Of a stretch of DNA of 64,000 nucleotides, positions 1-14,645 are shown one piece after another. Below the pieces are notes generated by a model. That model was not told the origin of the DNA, did not search any database, and was given only the letters and a program-made list of their open reading frames with translations. The stretch lies in the NCBI RefSeq assembly GCF_009914755.1, contig NC_060929.1; one strand, 5' to 3'. Position 1 is the stretch's first letter. Each line of letters begins with the position of its first letter. This stretch comes from the human T2T-CHM13v2.0 reference genome, Homo sapiens. The translations under genes and the position numbers were made by a program.

Positions 1-849
1 AAGGAAGGGCAGGAATGATGATAATTTTCCTGCAGCGGCTGCTGTCTGCAGAGCAGGGCGGGACAGGGAAGCCCACGCTGAATCACCTCCACAGCCAGCC
101 CATGGAAACGCTGAAGTGGGTCCAGATGGGGAGGACGTGAGCAGGGCCATGCTCAGCTCAAGCAGGAGCCGCAGCCAGTAGATCCCGGGGGTGCAGGGCA
201 TGCGGGGGACACAGTCCCGGGAGGGCTTGTGCGTCAGGAAACTGAAGGAACACTTCATTTCTCTGCAGGCGTCGTTGACGCCCGGCTGGCATCTCACCAG
301 CCTTCCCGCCCACTCTTCTCTCTGAAATAATTCTCTCCAGGCTCTGATCACCCCCCATGGCCACCATTGTCTACCAGGCTGGGGTCACACAGGGGGCTGG
401 GCAGGAGCAAGAAAGGACCTTTAATCCCTCTAGGGCAGGAAGAAGGAGGACCCCAGGGAGGCACTGCAGTCTTGAACTTGGAGGTGGGCCCTCACACCAG
501 AGTCCGCCCAAATTCAGTCTCCTACAGTCTGAAGTTCCCAGGACCTGCTCCCATCCCTCTCACGGGCCCAGGCTGGGGTCAGGAGACATAGATGCTTTCT
601 AGACTGGATGTTGCCGACTAGCCAAGCCCTAGCAAATCCCTTCCCCTTGGTGAGCTCTACTTTCCTCCTCTGTGAAAATAAAATAAAAATATGAGTCTTA
701 TCTACCTCAAAGAGCTGTTAGGAGGTTGCAATGATCTTAGTTGTGGCAGTGTTTTGGAAATTTTAGAGTAATCTAGATAGGTATGTAAGAAACGTTTATA
801 CCTAATTGAAATGACCATCATCAGCTCAACAATAGGACTGCTATTATTT

Positions 850-1080
850 GTTAGAAGCCTTTATGTGCTAAGCCCTGTGCCAAGAGCTTTACCCTTTTCA
901 TTTCATTTAACCTCGTAGCAATCCCCATGAGGGACATACTTTTATTATTTTCATTATACAGATGAGAATATAGAGGCTCAGGAAATATATGTGACTTATC
1001 CAAGATGCATGACTAGCAAGCTGCTAAGCCATGATCCAGTCATGGTTTTTTGAACACGAGGCTTGTGCTCTTGGCCACCA
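850..1080 (-). mobile_element. MIR SINE
   Basis: MIR core-like text: attatacagatgagaatatagaggctcagg...tgacttatccaagatgcatgac. Confidence 0.7.
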
Positions 1081-1180
1081 CTGTCTTCTGGAATTATAGG
1101 AGTAAAGTGTTGTCTGCGGACATCTTGGAATGGAAGAGCCCATGGATGGAGAGGACAGAAGAAGGCACTACCTTTAATGA

Positions 1181-1873
<693 letters not shown>

Positions 1874-2649
1874 TGAAATGGGCAGGGAAGACTTCTTGGA
1901 GATGGAGGCAGGAAGGAAGCTGGGTCTTGCAGGAGAGTCAAAATCCGGTGGTCTTGGGTCAGAGCCCACACTTGCCTTTCTGCTCCCTTGGGAAAGGGAG
2001 TGGCTAGAGTTCCTTCTCCCTTCCTGGAGATCAGGAGGGAAGAAGGCTGTGGGGCTGCCAGGTTATTAGCGGATTAGGGCTTCATTTTAAAGCTTCCTGC
2101 CATTACCGCCGAAGGATTATGAGCATCTTCAAACAATTACATCCATCCTTCCACAATTGTACCTGCCTCTCTAGAGGGCTCACAGGCAGGTTTAAGTATG
2201 AGCCACTATATCTTCTGCTTTGGGCACTGCAGATACCTTTGTTTGGGGTCAGTGGGTACCAGTGCCATTTCTCCAAGGCCTGAGTACCAGCTGAGCAGGG
2301 CAACACAGGGCCCTGTGGGCAGGCTAGAGGGATAGAGGGTACAGAGAGATGCCATCAGCTGCTGCCAATTTGGGAAAATAGATCTGGGGAGGAAAGGGTA
2401 GTGTAGAGCTCATGATCAGGCCTCAGCCAACACTAGGGCCCCCAGCTCACCAAGACAGCCCCATGCTAAGCTGCCCTCCCCAAAGTCTCAGCTGGTCATA
2501 ACTGGTAGCGTTTCTTGAGATTGTTGTGCAGATGGAGACTCTGAGTGCCAGAGATGGCAAGTGACTTGTCCAAACTCACACAGTAAGTTGGTGGCAAAGC
2601 TAGGGCTGGAACCCAGGGCTTATGCCTCCCAGTTCAGCTGCCCAGCACT

Positions 2650-2850
2650 GTGCTAAATGCGCCATATGGAGTATTTAATCCTATAAACAATCCTGTGAAG
2701 TTCATACTTTTCTTATCTCTGTTTTACAGATGAGGAAACTAAGGCATAAGGAATTTAAGTGAATTGTCAAAGTCTCACAGCCTGTGGGTGGAGGAGCTGA
2801 GATTTGAACCCCAGGAGGTCTGGGCCCATGCTTTTAACCACCCTCTCTAC
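2650..2850 (-). mobile_element. MIR SINE
   Basis: ttttacagatgaggaaactaaggc...ggagctgagatttgaaccccagg. Confidence 0.75.
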
Positions 2851-3360
2851 TGCCTGTCTCCATGGTGATGAGGCAGCAGGCTGTGTTCTTCCACCCACCT
2901 GGGGCTGGGAAAAGGTTGTTCAGGCTCTGGGAGTTGTTGGAAGATTTTGCCAAGCCAAATTCCCTCCCACTCGGATGCTCTGGGGGAAACCTGGGTACTC
3001 ACCGCTGATGCCTCCCTGCCTTTGCTGGTGGCCACTTGTTATTGGAGGCTGGAGGTGTGTAGCAGATTTAGAGCCACTTCCAACTCTAGTGGACACTGTT
3101 CTGAGCCTCTGGGGTGGGGAGGGGTGTGGGTCTGTGTTGTCAGATGAGTCCTGCCACTGGACATGTCTGTTTTGTTCAGGCAGAGGGACCTGTGTGCGTG
3201 TTAACAGCTGACAGTGGTCACTGGGCCCAGAACAAGGCTCCTGCTCCTCAGGCTGTGACAGAGAGGGCAGATGGAGCAGGAGCCTGGGCAGGAAGCTGCC
3301 TACTCCCCCTCCACTCCCCTGCTCCACAGTGATTGTAACAGGAGGGTGATGGTGAGGAGC

Positions 3361-3900
3361 ACTGCTCACAGGTTCACATACACCTCACCATGCACTCACA
3401 CATACATGCTTTCACATCCATCCGTAAACACACATGTATCTACACATGATGTATAGATGCCATGTTCTCATGCAAACCATCACACATATGCACTCACACA
3501 ACTGCACACACATGGAGGCCCTCAGACACACATCCATGCATGGGGTACACACTGGCACATACCTTCCTGAAGGCCCCCTCACCCATGCACAGCTGCCACA
3601 TGTGAACACGTCTCAGATTTGCTTACAGAGCTGCAGTTGCATCTGAAAACATATAAGCAGACATAGGCACACTTTCTCACACAAACACACATATTCCCTC
3701 TCATAGATACAGGTGAAAAGCATGTTCTTTTCTCCATTTCCTTTTGCTACACACCTACACTTTGAAATCTTTCACACATTCTCTCCTACAGACCTAGCCA
3801 CTCTTGCACACCCACTGTCACACACCTACGTACAGACCGAATCACTTTCTCTCCTTTCTTTTCCACATCTCTTTCTCTTTCATACCACCCACACAGCAAT
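3361..3900. repeat. CA-rich low-complexity tract
   Basis: Degenerate cacacat/cacac runs. Confidence 0.6.
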
Positions 3901-5099
3901 CCTAGCCTCTCTCTCTCTTTTCCTCTCACCCACACACAGCTTCCTGGTTTCCCACAGGCTGGGCTGCAGCCACTTCCCTAGAGCAGGCACTCTCAGGGTT
4001 AGCGATACCCCAACCTGGTGGGGGTCCCAGGATCCCACCCCCACCCCTCACTCTCCCAACCTGCCCTCTACCCTGGGTACAAGATGATGAGAGCAGAGCA
4101 GCCACACGATCAGAGGAATTCTCTGAAGCCCATGAGGCCAGGAGGAGAAATGGGAACTGCCAGGGAGGGTTCCTGCATTCTGAGTCTCCCCAGTGTGAAC
4201 AGGGGACATCCCAAACCCAGGCCACCTGCAGGTCTGTGTTTCACAGGCCCTTGTGTGGGGTGGGCTTACGCTAGCACATTCCTAACTTCCTTTAGCAGAA
4301 ATCTAAACACACAACTCTTGATGCAAAAGACAGATGAAAGTGGAACCACCCTGGTCAAGGGGGTGGGGAACCCGGGGAAACTTCGGTGAAAACCTAGACC
4401 AGCATTTCTCCAACCGTGGTTCTGTTTCAAAATTGCTGGGGCTGTGGAGGGTACTTGCCATCAGTCCTGTGCCAAGCCCACCAGCTCGTGCCCTCAATGG
4501 GAGTGGTGCTGGAATGTGGGTATCTGGACTTTTAACAGCATCCCACGTGACTCTGATGTACATGGCCACTGCCATGGGGCTTCGCACGCTCAATCTGAAT
4601 GGCATTTTGCTCAGTGAAAGGTGGGGAGCTGAGCCCCAGAGCTGCCATACAGCACCCTGCCTTGTTGCTGACCCACTGGTGAAGTCAGGGGATGGCAGCA
4701 GGTGGGTGGGGACATGGTCACCCTTCTCAGTGCCCATTTGCCTAAGTTCTACCAAGAGAGACAGTTATTCTAGTTACTGGGGCTGAGACATAGCGGGGAA
4801 GATGGGCCTGAGCACCCAGGTCTGAAAGGAGAGCCAGGAAGAGGTAGGGTGGGAGGTGGTACCAGTTATGGGGACAGAATCACAAAGGCAGATTTCAAAG
4901 TGGGTAGTGGGTGGGTTAGAGAAAAGAAAAGGGGACACAAAGAAACTGTCTCCCTCCTAGCCGAAGGAGATAGGAGGATTTTAGGACAGACCGACCGACC
5001 TAGCGATACAGAAAATGATAAGGAAACGGAGAGACAGACAACCAGGCAGCAGAGAGTGAGGCACAGCGAGAGGAAAGAGAGGTGCCCCCGCCTGGAGAT

Positions 5100-5750
5100 G
5101 GGAGGCTGAGCGGGTGGAGGAGGGAGTCGCACCCCCAGGGCTGGGCGGGGCGGGGCGGGAGGGGCGGCGCTAGGGCCCCGGGGAGCAGGCAGCAGGAGCA
5201 CGGCTCACCCGCCCGCCCGCCCGCCCAGCGCTCCCGGCTCCCAGCCCGGGGTCCCGGAGCAGCCCGCTAGGCGGTGGCGGTGGCGGCGGCGAGGAGGGGG
5301 CGTCGGGCGCGGAGCCTGGGCCTGGCGCGGGGCGGGGGTGGCGGGGACCTCGGGGCGGGGCGCGCTGACGGACGCGGCCAGGTGTGCCGAGGCGGCGGCG
5401 CCCGGGAGCTCGGGGACCGTGCGCAGCGGCTGGAGGTGAGTGAGGGGCGCTGGCCTGGCAGGGGTGCGGGCACCGCGCGAGCCTCGCCCCTTCCCACCTG
5501 CGCTATTCCCGGCGCCGCCCAGGAGGAGGTGGCACATCTGGGCTCCAGTCCTCGCACGCGGGGTGACCTTGGCCAAGTCGCTTCTACACTTTGGGCCTCA
5601 GTTTCCCCATCTGTAGGTGGGGGGCTGGAGGGGTATCGAGGCTTTCGAGCAGCTGAGGAGCGGGAGGACGCCCTGACGCCGGGAAGCTACCCTCCTGGGC
5701 TGCGTGGGGGCTCCAGCCCTTGCGCCCCTCCCCGCAAGCGGATCAGGGCG
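5100..5750. promoter_or_regulatory. SYNPO: CpG island / GC-box promoter (alternative SYNPO promoter)
   Basis: Very high CpG density; tandem GGGCGG boxes at 5143-5168; followed by a consensus donor GAG|GTGAGT at 5436. Confidence 0.8.
5230..5435 (+). other. SYNPO: Candidate alternative non-coding first exon of SYNPO (start approximate)
   Basis: Lies in the CpG island and ends at a strong donor GAG|GTGAGT; TSS cannot be fixed from sequence. Confidence 0.6.
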
Positions 5751-8527
5751 AGGCAGCCCCAGGCTTACAGGTGGGCAACAGCCCAGAGTCTGTCTCCCCA
5801 AGCCCGTTCTGGGAAAAGTCGGACCGACTTGACCCAGGATAACCCAGGCGGGTTGGGCTCTGCCCAGAATTGACCAACATGGGCGCCGTGGGGGCAGCGG
5901 GAACGGCCAGTGCTGGGCCTCCTCACTCCTCCCTGCGGGCGGGGCGACCGGGCTCTGGGGTCTGGCTGTGCCGGTGGGGCACACAGGATGCCAGAGCAGT
6001 CACACCCTGGGGACCACCCAGCCCAAGCCCTACCTGGAGAAATCCAGGCCTTTCCCCAGCGCCTACAGGGAGAGGGGAAACTGTCCTGCGCTGCCCGCCT
6101 CACAACATCTTTGCAATTGCCCTCCTTGCCAAGGTGAGAGAGAGGCCCCAGAGGTGAAGTTAGTGGAGGGCCCGGCTCCTTTCTAACCGCTGCGCTGTGG
6201 AATCAGGGGCACTGTCCAGAGCCCTGGCAGGACCTCTTTGAGGACTCAGGAAAAGGTCTCCTTTGCTCCCCCCATTACCCCAAGTTATGGGCGTATTCCG
6301 GAAGGTGCCAGGGAACTCCGTCCATGGGGTCCAGGTTGTCTGGAAGGGACAAGAGCTGAGTGGGAAGCAGCATGTGCCCCATCCCCCATCCCCCACCCTG
6401 TCCTGAATGGCAGGTGGCACTGGAATAAACCAACTTGTTATGTGATCTTGGAGCAAGACCCTTGCTCTCTTGGCCTCCGGTGAGAGGGTTTGGCAGGGTA
6501 GCCCCTGAGGGGGAAATTGCACTGTGGACAGCAGTGCTGGTGGTAGCTGTAGGGCTAGTCAGAGGGTGCCCTACCCCCTGTCCATTAGAAAGTGGAAGTG
6601 AAACTGGATGCTGATGGGGGTCTAGGGTACACTGGGGCAAGGGGTTGGAAGCCTTACTGGCGCCAGCCTGCCTTGTCACCAAGCCCAGGCCTGGCCCATT
6701 CCATGTTGGGGGGCACAGCCACAAACTGGAACTGATGTGCTCCCCCACTACTTGCCATATTGTCTCAGGCAGGCAGATGAGATCCCTCAGGGGAGTTGAA
6801 AACCCCCCGGGGAGCTGAAAAACCCTGTTTGCTGGGTGGGGCATCCCCTTCCTCTGTCTCCTTAGGAGATCTTGGTCTGGTTCCTCCCCTTCTCTGGTCC
6901 TCAGTTTTTCCATCAGTACGAAGGGGATGGCCTAGGATCACTCTAGCTTGATATTCAAACTTCCCCCAGGAATGTTGTTTACCACTCTGGCTTGCAGCCC
7001 CCACTTTCCAGGCCTGCCCCGTCTTTGCAAGCCATGGGCCGGCTCCCCTCAACCCCACAACTGACACCTAAATTAAGCTGTGGTTGGAACCAGCATTTAC
7101 ATGGCTAAATAAGGCCTTTAACTCCTTCCCTCCCTAGTCAGCTGTTGCCCTTATCTACTCCCCATCCCTTAAGGTAGGAAAAAAACCAACCAAATCAAAC
7201 CTGTGGCATTCAGGCGCGTGGTTCCTGGTGCATCCCTAGGTTCTTCCGTGGCATTTTATCCAGTATCCGATTTTAGAATTGGGGAGACTGGGGCCAAGGA
7301 GGGGAAGAGGTTTGCACAGAGTGATTCTGTGGGAAGGAGGCAACAGAGCTCCCTCTCCTTGGGAAAGAGCACATCCTTAATAGGTGAATGGCGACATGAG
7401 TGTCCATGGAGCACCTGGAGAGAGAGGAGAAGCATGGGAGGAACCTTCTTCCATCTTCTCTCCACCCCTAGTCACAGCCCATTTCCAGGGCTGACATGTG
7501 TCTTCCTGAGCCCACGTCACAGCTCTGGGAGGTGGGCAGGGCAGGAGTCAGCACACTCCTTCCACCTGCCAGGGCTGCCCTCCCACAAGGCTGAGCACAC
7601 CTCCAGGGCCCCTGCCTGGCCTGGGAGGCACCTTTTCCTTCAAGGCAGCTCCCAGGCTTCTAGACATGAGCTCATCGGAGCTGCTGGTGCCAGGAAGGGA
7701 GGGACTGAGGGGAAGCAGGCAGGGCTGCCCAGATCAGGGCACCGTGGGCCCGGGGAAGTACAGGGGGGTGCTACTGGTGAGGCCCTGCAGGCTCTGGTCC
7801 CCATTGTAGTGAAGAGACAGCAGCAGGATAGATCTGCTGAGGGTCAACTGGGGAAGGGTGGAGATGGGCCAAGTGCCCTGGGCTGTAGTGCTAGGCCAAC
7901 CTCTGCTGCCCACTCACTTACTGTGTGACCTTGGGTAAATCCCTTTCTCTCTATGGGCCTCACTGTCCCTGGCTAGCAATGGGTTGGGATGGGTGCTTAG
8001 ACACTGAGGTTGCAGTAGTGAATAAGACAGACAGGCCCCTGCCCTCAAGGCACTTGCATTTTAATTGGGGAGATAGAAAAGAAAAAAGGAAGCAAATAAA
8101 TCATCAAGATAATTTCAGATAGGTAAAAGTGCCATAAAAAAATAAGTCATGCTGTTAAGATGGAGAGCAGTTAGGGGGCTACCGGGGGTTGGTGATTAGG
8201 AAAGTCCTCTCTCAGAGGTGACTTCAGAACAGAGACCTGAATCTTATTTGAAGCAATGCTCAAGGCTTTCTGGGGAAGGTGTATCTGCAACTGGAGTCTG
8301 GAAGAATGGGGAAGCTGGGGTGGGGGAGGATTTGGTTGGGAGGAAAGGTTTCCCAGAAGATGGTCATGCTCTGGGGCTAGGGGCTGGGACCAGTGGCAGG
8401 GACTGGAGGGTGGGGGTGTTGGTTGCATCCCCAGGGGCTTCAGACTGCAGATCCAAAGGAGCTCCACCTGAGATCTGGTCAGAGGGGCGGCTGGGCCTGC
8501 CTGCAAAGTGGCTCTGCTAAGTTAGTC

Positions 8528-8560
8528 GTGTGTGTGTGTGTGTGTTTCTGTGTGTGTGTG

Positions 8561-8593
<33 letters not shown>
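8528..8593. repeat. Interrupted (TG)n microsatellite
   Basis: Three TG runs separated by TTTC. Confidence 0.95.
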
Positions 8594-8595
<2 letters not shown>

Positions 8596-9154
8596 TCAGA
8601 GTCTTTTGTGAACTGTCCCTGGATATTGGGGCTCAATTGCTACCCAGTGTGGCCAGAGGAGGAGTCAACATGGAAGCAGCCTGTAGGCCCTGTAATTCCA
8701 AAGGCTTACACAAGCCCTCTGTTTGGAATGAAATCTACCAACTGGCTGCTGCTGCCTGAAATTCCACCAGCCTAGCTTCAGCTTTTCCACTCGGTGAGGC
8801 AGGGTCGTATAGTACTGTGCAGACCCTGCCCTACCCTACCCTGTCCAGCCTCCCAGGGTTGCTGCGGGTGGAACAAAATTCAGTCTACTCCTAAATTCTT
8901 GGAGGCATGCCTCATGTGTGGCTAATACACAGATTCTGTGGTTGGACCTCTGGGTTCCCTTCCTGGCTGGCTGGGAGATCTTAACTATGTTATGTAACCT
9001 CTCTGGGTTTTTGTTTCCTCATCTATAAAATAGAAACAATAATAGACCCTGTTGTATACTGTTGTTCTGAAAATTAAATGAGATGATGATAAATGCTAAA
9101 AAAAAATGAGCTACCATTTAGGTATTGTGAGGTTTTGATCTCTGTTAAAATAGC

Positions 9155-9476
<322 letters not shown>

Positions 9477-9532
9477 TTAAGACTAATTGTATCTCAGTAT
9501 AAGTTACTTTTTGATGTTTGGCCAGGAACAGG

Positions 9533-9824
9533 TTTTTTTGTTTGTTTGGTTGGGTTGTTTGTTTGAGACAGAGTCTGACTCGGCCACCCAGGCTGGGGTG
9601 CAGTGGCATGATTATGGCTCACTGCCGCCTCGACCTCCTGGGCTCAAGTGATCCTCCCACCTCCTAAGTAGCTGGAACTACAGAGATGTGCCACCGTGCC
9701 CGGCTAATTTTTGTATTTTTAGTAGAGACAGTGTCTCGCTATGTTGCCCAGACTGGTCTTGAACTCCTGGGCTCAAGTGATCCATCTGCCTCAGGCTTAC
9801 AGGCATGAGTCACCATGCCCGGCC
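9533..9824 (-). mobile_element. Alu (AluJ-like, internally deleted)
   Basis: Reverse Alu; TSD AGGAACAGGTTTT on both sides. Confidence 0.9.
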
Positions 9825-10259
9825 TAGGAACAGGTTTTGATGGTGGGAGAATAGGCACAAGCACAGCGGAAAATGCCTGGACTGAGCTTCAGGAACGGAT
9901 GCTCGAACCTCCGCTCTTAGCTGACTGGCTGGTGGTCTTGGGCAAATCATTTGCTTCCTCTGGGCCTCAGGCTTCACTTCTGACTGCTGAGATATGGGCT
10001 AGTAAGGATCTGAGGGGATCATGGGTGTGACAAAGCTCCTTACTGGCTTGTCACCAAGAACATGGGGCTAGCAGGAGGGGCTGACACCATGGTGTCAAGG
10101 GTCAAGGAAGGGGCAGGCTGGATGAGCCCCTGGGACAGGAGAGTGGGCTAACCTGAGACCCTTGCGTGTAATCCTCCAGAATAAAATCTCTTAGAGTCTA
10201 AGAGTGCTTGAAAGATAAAAGCCACAGTTCTTGAAAAATGATTGTTTACTGTTATTTAC

Positions 10260-10460
10260 TATGTACCATGGGTGCTTTAAGTTCTTTACGCATCAACAAC
10301 TCCATGAGGTGAGTACTGTTATTAGCATTTTGCAGATGGGAAACTGAGGCACAGAGAAGTTGGTTAAGTGAGCTTCCAAGGTCGCACACCTGGTAAGTGG
10401 CTAGATTCAAACACAGGCAGTCTGGCCCCAAAAACTGTGTGCTTAACTTCTTCGCAACAT
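10260..10460 (-). mobile_element. MIR SINE
   Basis: ttttgcagatgggaaactgaggcacagagaagttggttaagtgagcttccaaggtcgcac. Confidence 0.8.
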
Positions 10461-12696
10461 GGTCTCTCCCACACTAGATGGAGTGCCAGGGGCTCAGAAA
10501 AAGCAAGCCACCTATCCCAGAACAGACAGCATTCATCTTTGATCCTCATCATCCCTGAAGCTTAGGTCCTGGAAGGAGGAGCCTCACTGGGTCTAGGGTC
10601 CGGGGCTCTGAGATTGGCCCTTGAACCAGCTCAACCTTTCTATTCCCCTGGCAGTAGGTCAGAGAGGATCAAGGGTGCCCTGCAGTCACTGTGGGCATGG
10701 AAGGCTCTGCCATGGCCTGATGAGTGGGCGTTGTTAGTGCCTTGGAACTTGAGTGGCTCCTAAGTGCTTGAGTTGTAATAAACTCCCACGCAGTCTGGCA
10801 CACCGCCACCATTGTACAGTTAGGGGAAACTGAGGTCAGAGTGTTTAGGGAGCAGCCCAGGGTCACACAGGCAGAGGACACGCTTCATCCCTGAGCCTCC
10901 TGTCCTGCCTTCTGGGCCGCTTAGTTCTTGTGGGCTCCATAGGAAGATGAGATGTTGGGGACCCTCCCATGGATCCCTAAGGTGGCCCTGGCCTCCTCAG
11001 CCAGGACATTATTCCCAATATGGGGCCCTTTGGGAGGGCACATGGAGTTGGGGGATGGGGAGAGCACTGATTAAAAAATAGACTGTCACGCGCACGGAGA
11101 ACAAGCATGCCACCACCCAACCTGAGCCAGTTGGCTCCCCCATGCCTGGCTGCCAGGCCCCACTCAGGTCTCCTGCTGGGGGCCCCGCCCACCATACCCT
11201 GGCTCTGGGCCTGAGGCTGAATGCTCCCATCCACCCTCTCCTCTCCCTCCTCCATCCCTGCCCAGCCTCCAGGCAGATGGTGCTCTTACTGAGCTTGGGT
11301 GGGCCTGAAGCTCAGCTGTGGACTTTAAGCTGTGCCAGGGGTGTCTGGCATCCCCACACACTGGCTGTGTGGCCTTGAATGAGCCCTTTCCCTCTCTGGG
11401 CCTCAAACATTGACAGAGTAATGCTGTCAATCAAAGTTCTTTCCCAGATTTCTTCTCTCATTTAGACCTGACAGACACTGCAGGAGACCCCACTCAGAGA
11501 GGTGACCTGCAGTGGCCACTCAGCTAGGGTGCAGCAGAGCAGAGGCCAGTACCCAGATAATTGTGCAAATCCCAATCCTGTACAACTCCGGGTGAGTGAG
11601 GTCACATGGGAGCATGAAGGCAGGAGGCTTTGCAGTCATGATGTGAGCAGTGTTTCATGCATTTGCTCTTTTACTTAGTCAACAAATGTTTATTCAGGCC
11701 CAGCTATGGCCGAGGCACAGGGGCATGGACATAGCCAAGGTCCCTGCCCTGCGGGGACAGGCAGACTGACGTGAAAACAAATCCTTATGGAATTACAAAG
11801 CTGATGAGCGTTTAGGGAAGAGGCAGAGAGTGTTGTGGCAGGAGAATGTGACCTCTGAGGGCCTTGGGACCTGTGAACAGACCTGAAGGATGAGAAGTGT
11901 GGTCAGAAAGGTGCAGCCAAGGGGGCAAGGGAAGAAAGAGCTCTAGGAAAAGGAGCAGCCAGTGCAGAGGCCCTGAGGGGAGAAAGTGCTGGGCTGGCCG
12001 AGCACTAGAAAGAGGGTCAGCATGGCTGGAGCCTGGCAGGCTGGGAGGTGAAGCACCACGACGGGAGCTGCAGCGCAGGGGTCAGGGCAGTGGGGCTGGT
12101 GGTACAGGGCCTGGAGCCTGCGAAGGGGCTTGAGGCGGATCATAGGAAAGAGGAGCATGCTGGTGCTGATCTAGGAGGTGGGTCTTTGCTCCTTTCCTTT
12201 CCTCTTTCCCTTGGATGTCCACCCTGATAGTGCTATCGACAGACCCCATTCATGCCCCCCCAGCCACTTCTTGAGGTGGCTAAATGCAGAGTCTGGGGCC
12301 CTCTCTCCCCCATCTCTTCAAGGAGGGTTATGGAGGCCCAGCAGGCCTCAGATGCAAGCTGGTGAGAGTGCGTTCCTGGGCAGGAGGCTGCGGTCACTCA
12401 AGCTGAGTGCCCCTGTTCAGGTGAGTTCTTATTTCCTTTTATTCCCTGTGGGAGTCTGTGGACAAAGGAGGGTCAGCTTGTGTCTGAATGAAGGCCGCCC
12501 CAGACCTACTTCCACTGCCTGTAACGGCTGCCTGTCCCCTGTTCCATTCCAGGCACCAACCCCCAGCCAACCCTGGAGCCAAAACCCCGGGATGGCAGGC
12601 AGGAGGCTTGCATCCTGAGCCCAGCTCTGCTGTACGCTCTAGGGCACACCCCTTTTTCTCCCTGGGCATCAGTTTCCCCATCTCTATTATAGATAA

Positions 12697-12873
12697 ATAC
12701 TCTAATTTTTCTACACTCGGTGTATGGCCCATGGATGCAGTATCAGCATCACCCAGAAACTTGTTAGAAATGCAGAATCCCAGGCCTCCTCATCCCAGAC
12801 TTCCTGAATTACAATCTGCATTTTGACAACATTCCTGAGTAATTTCCATGTACTTTAAATTATGAGAAGCGCT
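12697..12873. mobile_element. MER5A-like DNA transposon fragment
   Basis: cagcatcacccagaaacttgttagaaatgcagaatcccaggcc...aatctgcattttgacaac resembles the MER5A consensus. Confidence 0.75.
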
Positions 12874-14367
12874 ATTCTAGGTCAGTTATTTTTAAACTTA
12901 AGATAAATGAAAATCTATAGCATATTTTTCCTTCTCTAAAGCTTTACATATAAACACATAAGAGGGCACCCACCCACTGTATATTTATTCATCCCATGAA
13001 CAAGGAGGGGGAGGAGTGTGGAGGGGTAAGTTAGAGGCACAGGCTTTATTAGGATGGGCGTCAGGAGGAGGAAAAGATAAAACAGGCTGGTGGAGGGGCA
13101 GGTGCCATCTGCTCACCCCCTGAGAGCTTCTGACAGTTGGCCTCTAAGGGCCCTTTCGGCTCTGCCCTCCAGGCTCCTCTGCTTTATGGGTTTGGAGAAG
13201 GAGTGCTTGATGGTCCATAGCCCAGTGACGTCTTTCCCTGCTTGTCCCTATCTTGCTGTCCTGCCCTCTTCCCCTTGGAATCCCTGAAAGAGTAGCCGGT
13301 GCTATTCTTAGTGTGACAGGGTGGTGAGGAGAGAACATACTAGTGCATTATTTATGTTTGTGAGTCAACAGGATTACATTCGGGACTCCCAGAACACCGC
13401 CCTCCTAGCGTGGCCTTCATCACAGCCATGGCAGGTGGTCCACTATGTGCAGAGGGGAGGGCAATTTCCCAGGACCTAGAAACCATTCCTTCTGGCCCTG
13501 ATCGTCCCTGCTCAGAGTCCCTACCCCTCGACCTGGGAAATGACTCATGAAATACCATGGTCAGTTAGGACTAGGAAAGAGCTGCTTTGGCCATATCATT
13601 TCCTTGCATCATGCATTCAGCATATATTTATTGAGCACATATTACATGCTGTAGGTGTGGGTGCATGGGTGGGGGAAACAGGGTTCCTGCCTTCCAGGAG
13701 CTCACACTTTAGCCAGAGAGCTAATGTGCAGTAGTATAGGTTTCAGGCCTTTGCCTGTGTGAGAGCTGATCTGAGCAATAACATAGCAGAGTGGGAATTA
13801 AGAATCTTTTAGAGGAAACTGAGGCTCCGCACATATAAGGCTTGCTAAAGGTCACCATAGCTAGTGATCAGGTTGAACTCAGGTTAGTTAGAATAAAACA
13901 ACTATTTTAGAGCAGATGGTAGTGTGTAGCGTTAGGGCTCTGGGAACTCCCTGCACTGCCAGTGAGAGGGGTCTTGTGGCTGGAAGGAAATTAACTGGTT
14001 GAGGTTGTCCTGTTCTCCAGAGGCATGGAGAAGTCATGTGTGCTCAGAGTTTTCATAAACCTGGAGTGGTAGGACAGTTACACTGGGGGCTGGGAGTCAA
14101 AATCACATGGGATGAGAGGATAAGGCCCCGAGGTGGGGCACCTCATGAGGCTGTGCCAATGGCTCTGGCTAGGAGCCAATGAACCATGTGCAGTGAGATC
14201 CTGGGCAGGTCCCTTGCCCTTTCTCTGCCTCAGTTTTCTAGTCTGTAAAATGGTGTAACAATCCTTGCTCTGTCTCTATCTCTGATGGATGAAAAGTGCT
14301 AGGAAAACTATAAAAGTGTTGTGCATATTCAAGGAATGCTATAAAATTACCGTATATAATTATCATA

Positions 14368-14507
14368 GGCTGTGTGCGGTGGCTCATTCCTATAATCTCA
14401 GCACTTTAGGAGGCCAAGGTAGGAGGATTGCTTGAGCTCAGGAGTTCAAGACCAGCCTGGGAAACATAGTGAAAACGCACCTCTATTAAAATAAAAATTA
14501 AAAAAAA
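14368..14507 (+). mobile_element. Alu monomer (FLAM/AluJ left arm)
   Basis: Left-arm only, then A-rich tail. Confidence 0.85.
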
Positions 14508-14645
14508 GACAATTATATAAATATATTTTATTAAATGTATTTTTATTAACATTATGGAGTCTTACTGTGTGAAAGTCTGTATTCCAGACATTTTCTTGTG
14601 TTCACTAACTTACACACTTAGTTATAAGATCATGGACTCTAAAGC

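Noticed and set aside
5205-6157. Multiple overlapping 95-199-aa ORFs on both strands
   Set aside because: Stop-codon scarcity in a CpG island; mostly non-ATG starts and no recognisable domain.
7203-7928. 241-aa + strand ORF
   Set aside because: GTG start, runs through MIR-like sequence, no recognisable protein features or convincing splice sites.
12418-12426. Perfect donor CAG|GTGAGT
   Set aside because: No clear matching acceptor or promoter; the frame needed to join SYNPO is closed by TGA at 12363.
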